This document shows positions 1-10,693 of a DNA stretch of 64,000 nt, in pieces (within the stretch, counting starts at the first letter, position 1; every line of letters starts with the position of its first letter). A program made the translations under genes and the position numbers. Location: assembly GCA_963845755.1 (NCBI GenBank), contig CAWJTV010000031.1, forward strand, positions 256,001 to 320,000, written 5' to 3'. This DNA comes from an uncultured Planctomycetota bacterium. GTDB taxonomy: Bacteria; Planctomycetota; Planctomycetia; Isosphaerales; Isosphaeraceae. The notes beneath the pieces were generated by a model. That model was not told the DNA's origin, did no database searches, and saw only the letters and a program-made list of their open reading frames with translations.

Positions 1-278
1 GAGACGAGAGAAGACGAAGGCGGCTCGATCGAGCGCGTGTCCTCCAGGCACTGCGGTGAGTATCGTGCACCTCGACAACTCCCGCAGCGAGCCGGGGAAT
101 CTGAGGTCCTGGTCCGGGCTTAAGCCGGTCGTTCGATCTCGCACGGATCCCGCCCGAAGGCGGGACTCCGACGAAACGGACGGAATCCAAGGCTAAAGCT
201 GCGGCTCCGCTAAAGATCCTCACAGCCGTGGTCATCCGAGCCAGCCAAACACTCGTGCGAAGGAGAATCTACACGGCC

Positions 279-1184
279 ATGAGCGGTGGAAGCCAAGACG
301 GACTCGACGACACGGAGCGACTCAAGGAGCTGGGGCATCTGGCCGCGGCCGTGGGACACAGCGTCATCAACGCGTTCAGCGCCGTCGTGAGCAACGCCGA
401 GTTGATTCGTTCCCACGCCAGCGATCCTTCCTGCGATCGCGCTGAGCTGACGGCGCTGGCCGCAGCGATCATCGAAAACGCACTCGGTGCGTCCCACATA
501 CCACGTCGCTTGATCGACTGGAGCCGACGCGTGACGTCGCCCGGCTTCGACCAGGTCGGCGACCCTCCGGCCTTGATCGACCTCAACCAACTAATCCGCG
601 AGACGGTCGAGTCCCAGGACGGCGGGAACAGCTCCGTCGTGAAGTGGGCCCTGAACTTGAACCCGATCCCGATGATTCGCGGCAATGTGCCCCAGCTTCG
701 CTCGCTGCTGGGCTACCTCATCCAGAATTCCCGCGAGGCTCTACCGAAAGGAGGCGGGACGATCACGTTTAGCACGAAGGTCGATCCGCGTAACTGGGTG
801 ATCCTGGAAATCCAGGACACCGGCTGCGGCATGAACTCCGAGGTCCTGAAACGCGCGACCGAACCGTTCTTCACCACCAAGGTGGGGCGGAGTGGGAGCG
901 GTCTAACCATCGCACATGGAATCTGGCGCCGTCACCGCGGTGCGCTCTCCATCGAGAGCCGTCCGGGAGACGGTACGTTGATCCGGTTAGCCGTAGAGGC
1001 GCCACCCGTGGACCCTCAGCCGCCGCGGACGGCAAAGACCATCGAACGACCCGGCGTTCTCCCTGTTCCCGCCGAGGCGGCCACCGCGGTCAAGGTGCCG
1101 GCGGAGCTCCCTCAGCCCGCGGAGGCGGTCACCGATGCGCCTGAAGCCGAGGCGGCTGGCTCGACTCCGGAAGGCCCGACCTGA
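279..1184 (+). CDS. Histidine kinase (HisKA-like + HATPase_c) with no sensor domain and a Pro/Ala-rich tail
   Basis: LGHLAAAVGH H-box-like, QNSREA N-box, DTGCGM, EPFFTTK and GSGL motifs; AGGAG at 261 precedes ATG 279. Confidence 0.8.
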   Translation: MSGGSQDGLDDTERLKELGHLAAAVGHSVINAFSAVVSNAELIRSHASDPSCDRAELTALAAAIIENALGASHIPRRLIDWSRRVTSPGFDQVGDPPALIDLNQLIRETVESQDGGNSSVVKWALNLNPIPMIRGNVPQLRSLLGYLIQNSREALPKGGGTITFSTKVDPRNWVILEIQDTGCGMNSEVLKRATEPFFTTKVGRSGSGLTIAHGIWRRHRGALSIESRPGDGTLIRLAVEAPPVDPQPPRTAKTIERPGVLPVPAEAATAVKVPAELPQPAEAVTDAPEAEAAGSTPEGPT

Positions 1185-1300
1185 CTCCCCATTCGACCTA
1201 GTGGGGCCTCTCGCGGCCGATCTCCCCGCTGGCGTTCTCTGGGAGGCTCGAGCGCGATCGGATACGATACGTCCAGGCGATTCGCGCGAGGAACCTCATC

Positions 1301-2077
1301 ATGGCGAGCCCGTTCCCCGGGATGGATCCCTATCTCGAAGCCACTGGGCTCTGGGAGAGCTTCCACACAGTTCTGATCACCGGCTGTATGGCAACGCTCA
1401 ATCGCGTGTTGCCCGACAGCTATTTCGCCCAGGTGGAGACTCGTATCGAACTGGCGACCTTCGATCAACCCGAGTCCGACCGCCTTCCCGATCTTGTCGT
1501 TGGACGCGGAGACACGGAGTCTTCGAATCGCCCCGAAGCCGGAGGCAAGCGAATCGGGACGCTCGAGCCGACGACGATCCCGCTCGCCAAGCAAGAGACC
1601 GAAATCCGTGAAAGTTGGATCGAAATCCTCTATCTGCCCGACATGGAGGTCATCACAGTCATCGAGCTCCTCTCGCCGTCCAACGAGTTAGGGCCAGGAC
1701 GGGGCGACTACATGAAAAAGCGGAATGCGCTCATCGATCAGCCGGTCAACCTGGTCGAGATCGACCGGATTTCGAGCGGCAAGCGAATGCCCATGGCGAG
1801 GCCGTCACCGCCGGGTGATTACTTTGTGATCGTGGCCCGCACCGACCGTCGGCCCGATGCGGAGGTTTATAGCTGGACCCTGCGGCAGCCGTTGCCAACG
1901 GTTCCTGTCCCCCTCCGCGCGCCCGACGCCGATGTGTCTCTCGATCTGGCCGGTACTTTTGCAACCGCTTACAGAGAGGGTGCATATTCCCGCATCTTGC
2001 GCTATGGGAAACCCCTGCCCTTGAGATTTCCCATCGCTCCAGAGCACCGAGCCTGGGCCGAGACCATCGGGGCGTGA
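1301..2077 (+). CDS. DUF4058 family protein
   Basis: Typical N-terminus MASPFPGMDPYLE, IELLSPSN and LPTVPVPLRAPDADV. Confidence 0.85.
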   Translation: MASPFPGMDPYLEATGLWESFHTVLITGCMATLNRVLPDSYFAQVETRIELATFDQPESDRLPDLVVGRGDTESSNRPEAGGKRIGTLEPTTIPLAKQETEIRESWIEILYLPDMEVITVIELLSPSNELGPGRGDYMKKRNALIDQPVNLVEIDRISSGKRMPMARPSPPGDYFVIVARTDRRPDAEVYSWTLRQPLPTVPVPLRAPDADVSLDLAGTFATAYREGAYSRILRYGKPLPLRFPIAPEHRAWAETIGA

Positions 2078-2128
2078 ATTCGGCCGGTTCGCTCCGTTCG
2101 GTTCGCCGGTGCGGCTCCGCGTCCGAGA

Positions 2129-2137
2129 TGGTACGAT
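2129..2137 (+). promoter_or_regulatory. Possible extended -10 promoter for hisH
   Basis: TGGTACGAT fits TGnTAnnnT, ~40 nt upstream of ATG 2178. Confidence 0.35.
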
Positions 2138-2177
2138 CAATCCCTGGTAACTGCGAGACTCGAACGAGGCCGGGGAC

Positions 2178-2783
2178 ATGATCGCGATCATTGATTATGG
2201 GATGGGCAATCTCCGGAGCGTCCAGAAGGCCATCGAGGCGGTTGGATCGGCGGCCGAGGTCACCTCGGATCCGGACCGCGTGCGGCGGGCGTCGAAAGTG
2301 GTGCTACCGGGCGTCGGTGCGTTCGCTGACGCCATGGCTGAACTGCGGCGCACCGGACTCGGGGACGCCTTCCGTGAGGCCGTGCAGGAGGGTAAGCCCT
2401 GCCTCGGCGTCTGCCTGGGCCTTCAGCTCCTGTTCGACGTCAGCCTGGAAGACGGCGAACATGCCGGGCTCGGGCTGCTCCGCGGTCACGTTGTCCGCTT
2501 CGAACCGCGGACCGGCCTGAAGATCCCTCACATGGGCTGGAATACCCTCCGCATCCGCCAGCCCGCTCCGCTGCTGGCGGGTCTGAGCGACTCGCCCTCG
2601 GTCTACTTCGTCCACTCGTACCATGCCCGGCCCGACGACCCTCAGGTCGTCGCCGCCGAGGCTGATTATCCCGGACCGTTCGCCGCGGTCGTCTGGCGCG
2701 ACAATCTCACGGCCTGCCAGTTCCACCCCGAGAAGAGCCAGGACATCGGACTGGCCATGTATGCCAACTTCGTTGGCTTCTGA
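2178..2783 (+). CDS. hisH: Imidazole glycerol phosphate synthase glutamine amidotransferase subunit
   Basis: IIDYGMGNLRSV, LPGVGAF, GVCLGLQLL, PHMGWN, YFVHSY, QFHPEKS. Confidence 0.97.
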   Translation: MIAIIDYGMGNLRSVQKAIEAVGSAAEVTSDPDRVRRASKVVLPGVGAFADAMAELRRTGLGDAFREAVQEGKPCLGVCLGLQLLFDVSLEDGEHAGLGLLRGHVVRFEPRTGLKIPHMGWNTLRIRQPAPLLAGLSDSPSVYFVHSYHARPDDPQVVAAEADYPGPFAAVVWRDNLTACQFHPEKSQDIGLAMYANFVGF

Positions 2784-2942
2784 GCCGGGCTTCCCGCCTG
2801 CCAGCGTCCGAGGTCGTGGAACTGATCGCCGTGATCACACGTCGAAAAAAACTGTAACTTTGCGGCCCCTTGCGCAGTATCTCATAGACAGTAGCGTGTC
2901 GCACTGGGGCTCGGCTCAAGTCGTCGCTCGGAGAAGGTCGGC

Positions 2943-4690
2943 ATGCGGACCATGATGCAGGGCCAGTTCAGCGGTGCACTCGTCCAGCAGCTCGGACGGC
3001 TGTTCGAGCAAGGAACGGTGGTGGGCCTGTCGGAAGGCGAGTTGCTGGAACGGTTTAGCAACAGCCATGACGAATCCGCGTTCGAGGCTCTGTTGGCTCG
3101 GCACGGGCCGATGGTCCTCGGAGTCTGTCGACAGTTGCTCCGCGACCCCAACGACGTGGACGACGCTTTTCAGGCGACGTTCCTGGTCCTGGTCCGGAAA
3201 GCCGGCTCGCTCCGTCGTTGCGACTTGCTGGGGAACTGGCTCTATGGGGTCGCCTATCGGGTGGCGACCCGAGCTCGCGTCCTGGCGGCGCGGCGGATCG
3301 CGAAGGCCCCGTTCGGTCAGGCCACAGTCGACGGCCTCGATGCGAGCGGCAACGGGCCGGCCACGAACGGCGATTCGACGTGCGGCCTGGACCCGAATCC
3401 GCGGCCCTGGCTCCACGAGGAGGTCGCCCGGTTGCCGGAAAAGTATCGTGTCCCCGTACGACTCTGCTACTTCGAGGGGCTGACTCACGACGAGGCAGCC
3501 CAGCGACTCGGCTGGCCCCTGGGAACGGTCAAAGGGCGCTGTCCCGCGCTCGCGACCTGCTCCGTAGGCGATTAACTCGCCGGGGCGTGACTTTCTCGGC
3601 CGGCGCGCTCGCCTCTCAATTGGCTCTCGCCGACGCCAGGGCGGCGGTCCCCGATTCGCTGGAATATGCCACGCTCCAGGCCGCACTCGCGGTTGTCGAC
3701 GCGGCCAACGCTCCGATCGCGACCGTATCAAAGGTTTCCCTCTCCGTGGCTTCCTTGACTGAAGGAGTCTTGCAAACCATGATCATGACCCACGCTAAAT
3801 TCGTAGTAACATTGCTCGTCGTGTGTGCGGTGACCGCCGGCATGGTCATCGGTGCGACACAGATCACGCCGGGCGTGGAGGACAATGATCCTCTCAGCCC
3901 GGCTGCGTCGACGGCCGTCGAACAGAAGTCGTCGCCGGAGTCCGTGAAGGTTCAATTGAAGAAGGCCATCAGCCCCCGTACGAAAGGCGCCGCGGGAGGC
4001 GGCGAATCCGCGCAGGGCCGCATGATGGGCGGCGGAATGGGCCCCATGATGGGTGGTGGAATGGGCGGCGGAATGGGCGGCGGAATGGGCGGCGGAATGG
4101 GCGGCGGCGGAATGGGCGGTGGAATGGGCATGGGCCCCATGATGGGCGGCGGCCGGACTATGACGGATGGTGCGCTGGTGGGTCTCGATTCGGTCGAGGA
4201 GGCTCAACAAGTGCGTCGCCGCCTGGAAATTGCCCAGTTGGCCGCGGCTCTGCCCACCTGGGGAAAAAACCCAAAGAACGAGGCGACCCTCAAGAGGTTG
4301 GAGGAACCCATCACGATGTCCTTTCCTCAGGAGACTCCCCTCAAGGACGTGCTCAAGTACATCCAGGGCGCACTGGCGAAGTCCGGCGGGCAACCGATCC
4401 CAATCTACCTCGATCCGCTCGGCCTCCAGCAAATGGAACGGACCATCGATTCGACGGTAACCATCGATCTGGAGGGCGCTCCCCTCAAGACGTCCTTGCG
4501 ATTGATCCTCAGGCAACTGAGTTTGGCTTACTGTGTCCGTGATGGCGTATTGATCATCAGCTCGCCGCAAGGCATCCGGGAGGAACTGTCGGAAGCCGCT
4601 CGCGAGTTGCTGGGCGCCGGAAACCGAGACGACATCGATCTGCGACTGTTGGCGCCACTTCCGGTCAGTCCGCGAGCGAACCTGCAATGA
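2943..4690 (+). CDS. Planctomycete-type ECF sigma factor with C-terminal extension (TM segment, Gly/Met tract, STN/secretin-N-like domain); frameshift ~3540
   Basis: DDAFQATFLVLVRKA (sigma2) and CYFEGLTHDEAAQRLGWPLGTVKGR (sigma4) in ORF 2943; continues as LSRARDLLRRRLTRRG in ORF 3218..4690. Confidence 0.88.
4021..4150 (+). repeat. Coding tandem repeat (GGCGGCGGAATG)n giving GGGM
   Basis: Direct reading; a similar shorter tract lies at ~5564-5632. Confidence 0.9.
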
Positions 4691-4738
4691 GCGGTCTCTT
4701 TGTCTGTTGCCGCCCTAACCGATGGAGTCTCTCACACC

Positions 4739-5635
4739 ATGATCGCGACAAGAATCAAGACTCTTGCCCTGTCGTTCTTCATCGTTTGCGCGGTGACCGC
4801 CGGAATGGTCATCGGTGCCTCCCAGATCACGCCCCGGAAGGCGGAGACCGTTCCATCCAGCCAGGCCGCATCGACCACCGTTGAAGCGAAAACCGCACCG
4901 GTGGCGCAGCAGGTCCCATCCCCAGAGGTTGCCAAGGCCCAAGTTTTCCCCGCGACGGCCACCACGGAGCACGCCGTAGGCAACTCGGCCCCCACCGTCC
5001 CCGCCGACGACGGTGCTCCTCCGCCGGGAAGGACGATGCGCATGACCATGATGGAAGGCGCCTTCGGAGGCGATGCCGGTGGCGGGGAGGGGAATTCGGA
5101 ATTCCGGCAGCGACTGGATATTACCCAGTTGGCCGCCGCGCTGCCAACCTGGGAGAAAAACCCCAAGAACGATGTCATCCTCAAGAAACTTGAGACACCC
5201 ATCCCGATGAACTTCCCCAACGAGACTCCGCTCGACGATGTGCTCAAGTACATCAAGACCTCACTCGCGAAACACGAGCATCCGCTTCCGATCTACGTCG
5301 ATCCCATGGGTCTACAACAAGCTGAGCGATCCATGAACTCGACCATACAGATCGACCTGGAGGGTGTCCCGCTCAAGACGTCGTTACGACTGGTGCTCAA
5401 ACAACTGGGTCTGGCCTACTGCGTCCGCGATGGCGTGCTGATCATCTCCTCGGTACAAGGCGTCCGCGAGGAGCTGGCAGAAGCCGCTCGCGAGCTAATG
5501 GGCACGGGGAACGATAAAGTCGACATGCGGTTGTTGGCACCCATGGGCATCCTCCCGAGATCGATGGGCGGAATGGGCGGAGGCATGGGCGGAATGGGCG
5601 GAGGCATGAGGGGTGGGATGGGCGGAATGATGTGA
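4739..5635 (+). CDS. Orphan duplicate of the sigma factor C-terminal module (signal/TM + STN-like domain + GGM tail)
   Basis: CAVTAGMVIGA, QLAAALPTW.KNPKN and KTSLRL.L.QL.LAYCVRDGVLIISS are shared with the upstream gene; GGAG precedes ATG 4739. Confidence 0.8.
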   Translation: MIATRIKTLALSFFIVCAVTAGMVIGASQITPRKAETVPSSQAASTTVEAKTAPVAQQVPSPEVAKAQVFPATATTEHAVGNSAPTVPADDGAPPPGRTMRMTMMEGAFGGDAGGGEGNSEFRQRLDITQLAAALPTWEKNPKNDVILKKLETPIPMNFPNETPLDDVLKYIKTSLAKHEHPLPIYVDPMGLQQAERSMNSTIQIDLEGVPLKTSLRLVLKQLGLAYCVRDGVLIISSVQGVREELAEAARELMGTGNDKVDMRLLAPMGILPRSMGGMGGGMGGMGGGMRGGMGGMM

Positions 5636-5647
5636 CTCGCATTCCGT

Positions 5648-7356
5648 TCAATCGATCATCGTCAGTCCCTCGCTCATGGTTCCGGCATCGGGATCGCGGG
5701 CCATGGGGAGCTCGATGAAAAAGGCCGCACCTTGACCAAGGCGGGACTGAACGACGATCTTGCCGCCGTGCTCGCGGATGATCTTCTGCGAGACGGGCAA
5801 TCCCAGGCCGGTCCCGCTGGAGCCCTTGGTCGAGGCGAAGATCTGGAAGATGGACGGGATGTCGGCCTCGTCAATTCCCGGGCCGTTGTCGGCGATGATG
5901 ATCCGGGCCTGCGACCGGTCGTCGTCCCATTCGGTCCGGATTTCGACCTGGGCGTCGGGTGAGCCTTCGCTGGCATCGATGGCGTTGGTGACGATGTTGA
6001 GTACGGCACGATGGATGCCCTCGGGATCGATCAGGACCCTCGAGAGATTCGCACCGGGTTGCCATAGCAGGCGCACGCCCAGCTCCTGGCGCGAGATTGC
6101 ATCAGCTCGAAGACTTCGCCAACAGTCTCGTTGAGGTCGGCAGGCTCCAGGGCCGGCTCGCGGTCCTTGGAGAACGAGAGCATATCCATGACCATGTTGT
6201 AGATGCGCGTCTGGTTCTTCTCGACAATCGTCCAGCCGCGGCGGACGATCGACTCGTCCTTCTCGTTCAGGCCGAGGTCGATCAGGTAGCTGCCGCTGCG
6301 GATGCCCTGGAGGATGTTCTTGATGTGGTGTGAGAGCGTGGCGATGGTCTGGCCAACGGCGGCCAGCCGCTCGGCCTGGATCTTGTCGTTGTAGAACAGG
6401 GTGTTCTCGATAGCCAGACCGGCCTGGTGGCCGATGGCGACCATGAGCATGAGCTGGTCCTGAGTGAAGCGGGTGCTCGGGCTGCGCCCGCCGACGGCAG
6501 CCATGGCGAAGCCGGCCCCGGCGAGGGTATCGGCGTAGAGGACGCCCAGGGTCGTGTGTCGTCCCTGGATCGGCACGCAAATCGCCTCGCGGATCTGATA
6601 GTCGACGATCGACTGCGCGGGGCTGAACCGCTTGTCGCTAGGCGCGTCGGACGTAATGACGCCCTCGCCCTTTTCCAGGACGTAGTCGACGATCGTGCGC
6701 GAAATCGTCATGCGCTCGTCCGGCAGTTCCGGCTCGCGCCATCGCACCGCCTTGGGAACGAGCTGGCCGGTGTCATCCTTCAGCAGGATGGCACCGCGGT
6801 CCGCGCTGATCGATTCGAAGACCAGCTCGAGGATCTGAGGCGAGAGCGCGTTGATATCCAGGACGTTGCTGATCGCCTGGGTGGCGCGGTACATGATCGA
6901 CAGCGGCTTGAGGCGCTCGCGCAACCAGGCACCGGCGGCGTCCGGGGCCTGCAAGACCCGCGAACCCTCGTCCGAGGGGATCCTGCGGAGGATCGCCGAG
7001 CGATCGTCCGGGCTGCTCCGCGTCAGGAGGTCCACGCGGGCCGTCAGGTCGCGTTGCGAGCCGGCGCTCCCGTCGTGAAACAGCATCACCGTCTGCCCGA
7101 GCTGGACCCGGTCCCCCGAATTCAGCGCCGTCCGGTTGACCGGGTGGTCGTTGACGTAGGTCCCATTGGCCGAGCCCAGGTCGACGATCTGATACCCGTT
7201 CGGATTGAGCCGGACCTCGGCGTGTCGGCGAGAGACTTCATTATCGTGGAGCTGCACGGCATTCGAGTTGTCCCTGCCCATGGCGACGGGACCGGAGGTG
7301 AACTCGAACCGCTTTCCCTGGTCGGCCCCTTGGCTGATCACGAACAAGGAAGCCAC
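5648..7356 (-). CDS. FHA-GAF-histidine kinase; frameshift ~6085
   Basis: FHA (GRD..., VSRRHA, DLGSANGT), GAF (AICVPI), H-box SHHIKNIL, NAIDA, DNGPGI, GTGLGL. Confidence 0.9.
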
Positions 7357-7575
7357 GAGGCAATGTCTCCTCGTCTCGGGTGACTTGGCGCGCGGAAGTT
7401 CTGCGCAGAGTGAAAGTAACGTATCCGTCGAATGGCGTCAAGCCGGTGGAGGCCGACATTGCGACTCTCAACACCGAGAAGAACTGGCGCAACACCTTGA
7501 AAAACCATGGCTTACACGATACCGTCACGACGATGGAAAGTGGCGTTCTGCCGACCCCTGTCGCAAGGAGTCCGA

Positions 7576-8628
7576 ATGCGTCTGGCTCGGATGATTCAAG
7601 CCGTGGACGCCCACGCCTGCGGAGAACCCGGTCGCGTGATTGTGGGGGGCGTGCTGGACGTGCCCGGTCGCACGATGTTCGAGAAAATGCAGTATCTCCA
7701 GAACCACGCCGACGGCCTGCGCAAGCTGATGCTGCGCGAGCCGCGAGGCTATCCGGCGGCGAACTGCAACCTGATCCTTCCGCCGACGCAACCCGGCGCC
7801 GCGGCGGGCTACGTCATCATGGAACAGACGGAATACCCGGGTATGTCCGGGACGAACACCATCTGCGTGACGACCGTCCTCCTCGAGACGGGCATGGTGC
7901 CAATGCGCGAGCCGGTCACCGATCTGACACTGGAGTCGCCGGCCGGTCTGATTCACGTCCGGGCTCAGTGCGCCGGCGGCAAAGTCCGGCAGGTCACGTT
8001 CCGCAACGTGCCGGCGTTTGCCGTGCATCTGGCCAGGCCGATCGAGGTACCACACCTTGGCACGGTCGTCGTGGACGTCGCCTACGGCGGAATGTTCTAC
8101 GTGATCGCCGAAGCCGCTCCCTTCGGCCTGCACCTCACACCCGATGAAGGGCGGGAGATCGTGCGGATCGGCGAGATGATCAAGGCCGCGGCCCAGGAGC
8201 AGCTTCCTGTCGAGCATCCCACGCAGGCCGGGTTCACGGGGGTGACGATCGCGATCCTGACCGCGCCGCCCACGAGTCCCGAAGCGCATTCGAAGAACGC
8301 CGTGATCGTGTCGACCGGCCGGCTGGACTGGGATCGTCCTTCGACGTGGACCGGTGCCATTGATCGATCCCCCTGCGGCACCGGCACCTGTGCCCGGATG
8401 GCCGTCCTTCATGCCCGGGGTGAGTTGCTCCTGAATGAGGATTTCCATCATGAGGGAATCCTGGGGACCCTCTTCACGGGCCGGCTGGTGGGAGAGACTC
8501 AGGTCGGACCCTATCCCGCGGTCATCCCAACCATTAGCGGTCGGGCCTGGATCACCGGCTTCTGCAACTATGTGCTCGAAGATGACGATCCGTTCCCCGA
8601 GGGATTCACGCTCGGCGACATCTGGTGA
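7576..8628 (+). CDS. Proline racemase / hydroxyproline epimerase family protein (Ser/Cys dyad)
   Basis: DAHACGEPGR, REPRG, MSGTNTI, DRSPCGTGT; AAGGAG before ATG 7576. Confidence 0.92.
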   Translation: MRLARMIQAVDAHACGEPGRVIVGGVLDVPGRTMFEKMQYLQNHADGLRKLMLREPRGYPAANCNLILPPTQPGAAAGYVIMEQTEYPGMSGTNTICVTTVLLETGMVPMREPVTDLTLESPAGLIHVRAQCAGGKVRQVTFRNVPAFAVHLARPIEVPHLGTVVVDVAYGGMFYVIAEAAPFGLHLTPDEGREIVRIGEMIKAAAQEQLPVEHPTQAGFTGVTIAILTAPPTSPEAHSKNAVIVSTGRLDWDRPSTWTGAIDRSPCGTGTCARMAVLHARGELLLNEDFHHEGILGTLFTGRLVGETQVGPYPAVIPTISGRAWITGFCNYVLEDDDPFPEGFTLGDIW

Positions 8629-8859
8629 GCGATCGCAAGTGGTTTTTGAAAACCGTTCGGAGTACGCACTTGAACAGGACCATCTGAGCGAGCCTAATAG
8701 ATTCAGAGAAGCCCGCACCGTGAAAATGGTAGGGTAGCCTGTGGGTACCGGGACGCAGGCATTTGCGCTGGGAGTACCGCCACGGCGGACGCTTGCGCCG
8801 CGCTACTCATAGCGCACCCTAAGAACCGCCGATCGATCCGAGTCGAGGAGGAAGCCTAG

Positions 8860-9235
8860 ATGTCCGGACAGGTGAACGCTCAAATTGCTTACGAGCCGAT
8901 CAACAACCCTAGTGCCGTGATCATCGAGTTTCTCAGCCACGAGATAGCCGATCCCGAGCATTCCTCGGGCCTCAGCCGGCAACTCGCCGCGCTGGTCCGG
9001 CCCGATCTGCCCAATCGTTACGTGCTCGACTTCCAGAAGGTCCGGATCTTCTCCAGCACGGCCTTCGGCGGCGCTGGTCAGCTTCGTGCTCAAGGTCCGC
9101 AAGACGGGCGGCGTGGTCGTGATCTGCAATATGGACGAGTTTATTCGATTCGGTGCCGATATCATCCGCCTGGGCGATTACGCGCCGATCGTCGAAGACC
9201 GCCGGATGGCCCTCGATCACCTCTCGACCGGTTGA
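8860..9235 (+). CDS. STAS domain protein (anti-sigma factor antagonist-like); frameshift ~9070
   Basis: VLDFQKVRIFSSTAFG, then in the shifted frame ALVSFVLKVRKTGGVVVICNM...DHLSTG*. Confidence 0.75.
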
Positions 9236-9248
9236 TCACACGTTGTGG

Positions 9249-10659
9249 TCAGTCTCGGCCTGGTGTTGACGTTCCCGCATCCAATGAAGCCTCCGCATAG
9301 AGATCCTTGAGCAGCCGTACGGCGGCTGCGACCAAGCGCTCGCCCGACCCCTCGGCGCATCGAGCGCTGATGACCTCATAGTTGCCCTGGGCATAAGCGC
9401 GGCGGGCGGGGATGTAGCCGATCGACCCATTGGCCAGCTCGGCGATGATCGTTCGCGGAAACGGAGAATCTTGCTTGATCGCCAACCCCAGCTCGGTGAA
9501 GATCTCGCCGGGGAGTGAGACCCAGGCGAGGCCATGGCCGAGCGCGACGACCTGGACTTCGACCTCCTGAGGCCGGCCCTCCCGTGAGGCGACGTCCCGC
9601 GTCTTGAACGCCGCGACCGTCTCGAGGAATGTTGGGCGAGGCGCCTTCGCGTCTGCGAGTTGACCGATGACGACTTGCGCTTTGGACCGATCCGATTCAC
9701 TGATCTCGGGAAGTGCCAGCAAGACGCGCTCGCTCTTGACGCGCAATGTTGTGGAATTGACCGGCTCCAGATGCGGCCAGGTGCGCAAGACCTCAGCGGC
9801 GAGGATGGTACCCATCCGCGCGGGATTCCCGAAGCCACGTTGGGGTTCGCGCCAATGGACGTCGATATGATTGACGTCGCCACAGCAGCCCGCGGAGAAC
9901 AGCGTGATCATCTCCGGGCCCTGGAAATCGGCCATACAACGGGCCAGCGTGTAGGGCAGATCGGCTGAGATCGTCGGTTGACCCACGTTGTCCAGATGGA
10001 CGGCGTAATTGACGTATGTCGCCAGCGGCTTCCCGACGGACGACTCGAAGAAGACGACGGGGACCTCCGGGTCGATCGGTCCGGCCGGTTTGAGGATATT
10101 CGGATTCAGCTTGCCCGGATTCCAGCCAACCGTGCCGTCCCGCATGTGATAGCGGCGGTTGAAGGCGATCGACGCCTCTCGCCCGCTTGCGGCGCGTACC
10201 GTGGCGGGCGCGAGCCGGCCCTCCGCACGACGCACGGCTTCGGCGATCCTGGCCGGCAACGCGGCCAGATACTCATCGACCACCTTCGCCTGGCCGCCGA
10301 AGGCGCTCTTGCGATCGACGACCGGCCCGGTGTGGGTGTGCGTGGCGCTGATCATGACGTCATGCGCCGCGCACCCGGGTGGTCCGCTCGATCTCTCGAC
10401 GCGCCGCCTCGACGATGTCTCGAGGTGTGGTGATCAGATCGAGGACGACCAGCGCCGCAGACCGGCCGCCGGCCTCCAACACGATCGCCTTGGCCTGAAG
10501 ATCGTCGTGCACGCCCTGGGCACCCCGTTCGGAGTAATATCCGGCCATGGGGATGCCGGTAGGCGGAGTGATCGGGACTGCGGCCGCCCCGACGCGCAAC
10601 TCGGCGGACCAGGTCGGCGCGGCGATGGCCGCCCACAGAATCAGAGCTAAGATTCTCAT
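9249..10659 (-). CDS. Secreted neutral/alkaline ceramidase-like hydrolase; frameshift ~10357
   Basis: Signal peptide, ITPP...MAGY, GVHDDL, SATHTHTGP, PGEIF, GYIP. Confidence 0.8.
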
Positions 10660-10693
10660 CGTCGGTGTGACTCCACGAGTATCATTCGGAGGA

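Noticed and set aside
140..215. Riboswitch (c-di-GMP-I-like) upstream of the first kinase
   Set aside because: Hairpins are present but I could not match the conserved core; an Infernal search is needed.
2178..2783. Isolated hisH as an anomaly
   Set aside because: Dispersed biosynthetic genes are ordinary in planctomycetes.
2845..2882. Autoregulatory ECF promoter (A-tract, TGTAAC...CAGTAT)
   Set aside because: Plausible, but there is only one instance and no known consensus for this sigma group, so it cannot be supported.
4021..4150. GGCGGAATG tandem repeat as a non-coding VNTR or array
   Set aside because: It is in frame and encodes a Gly/Met low-complexity tract.
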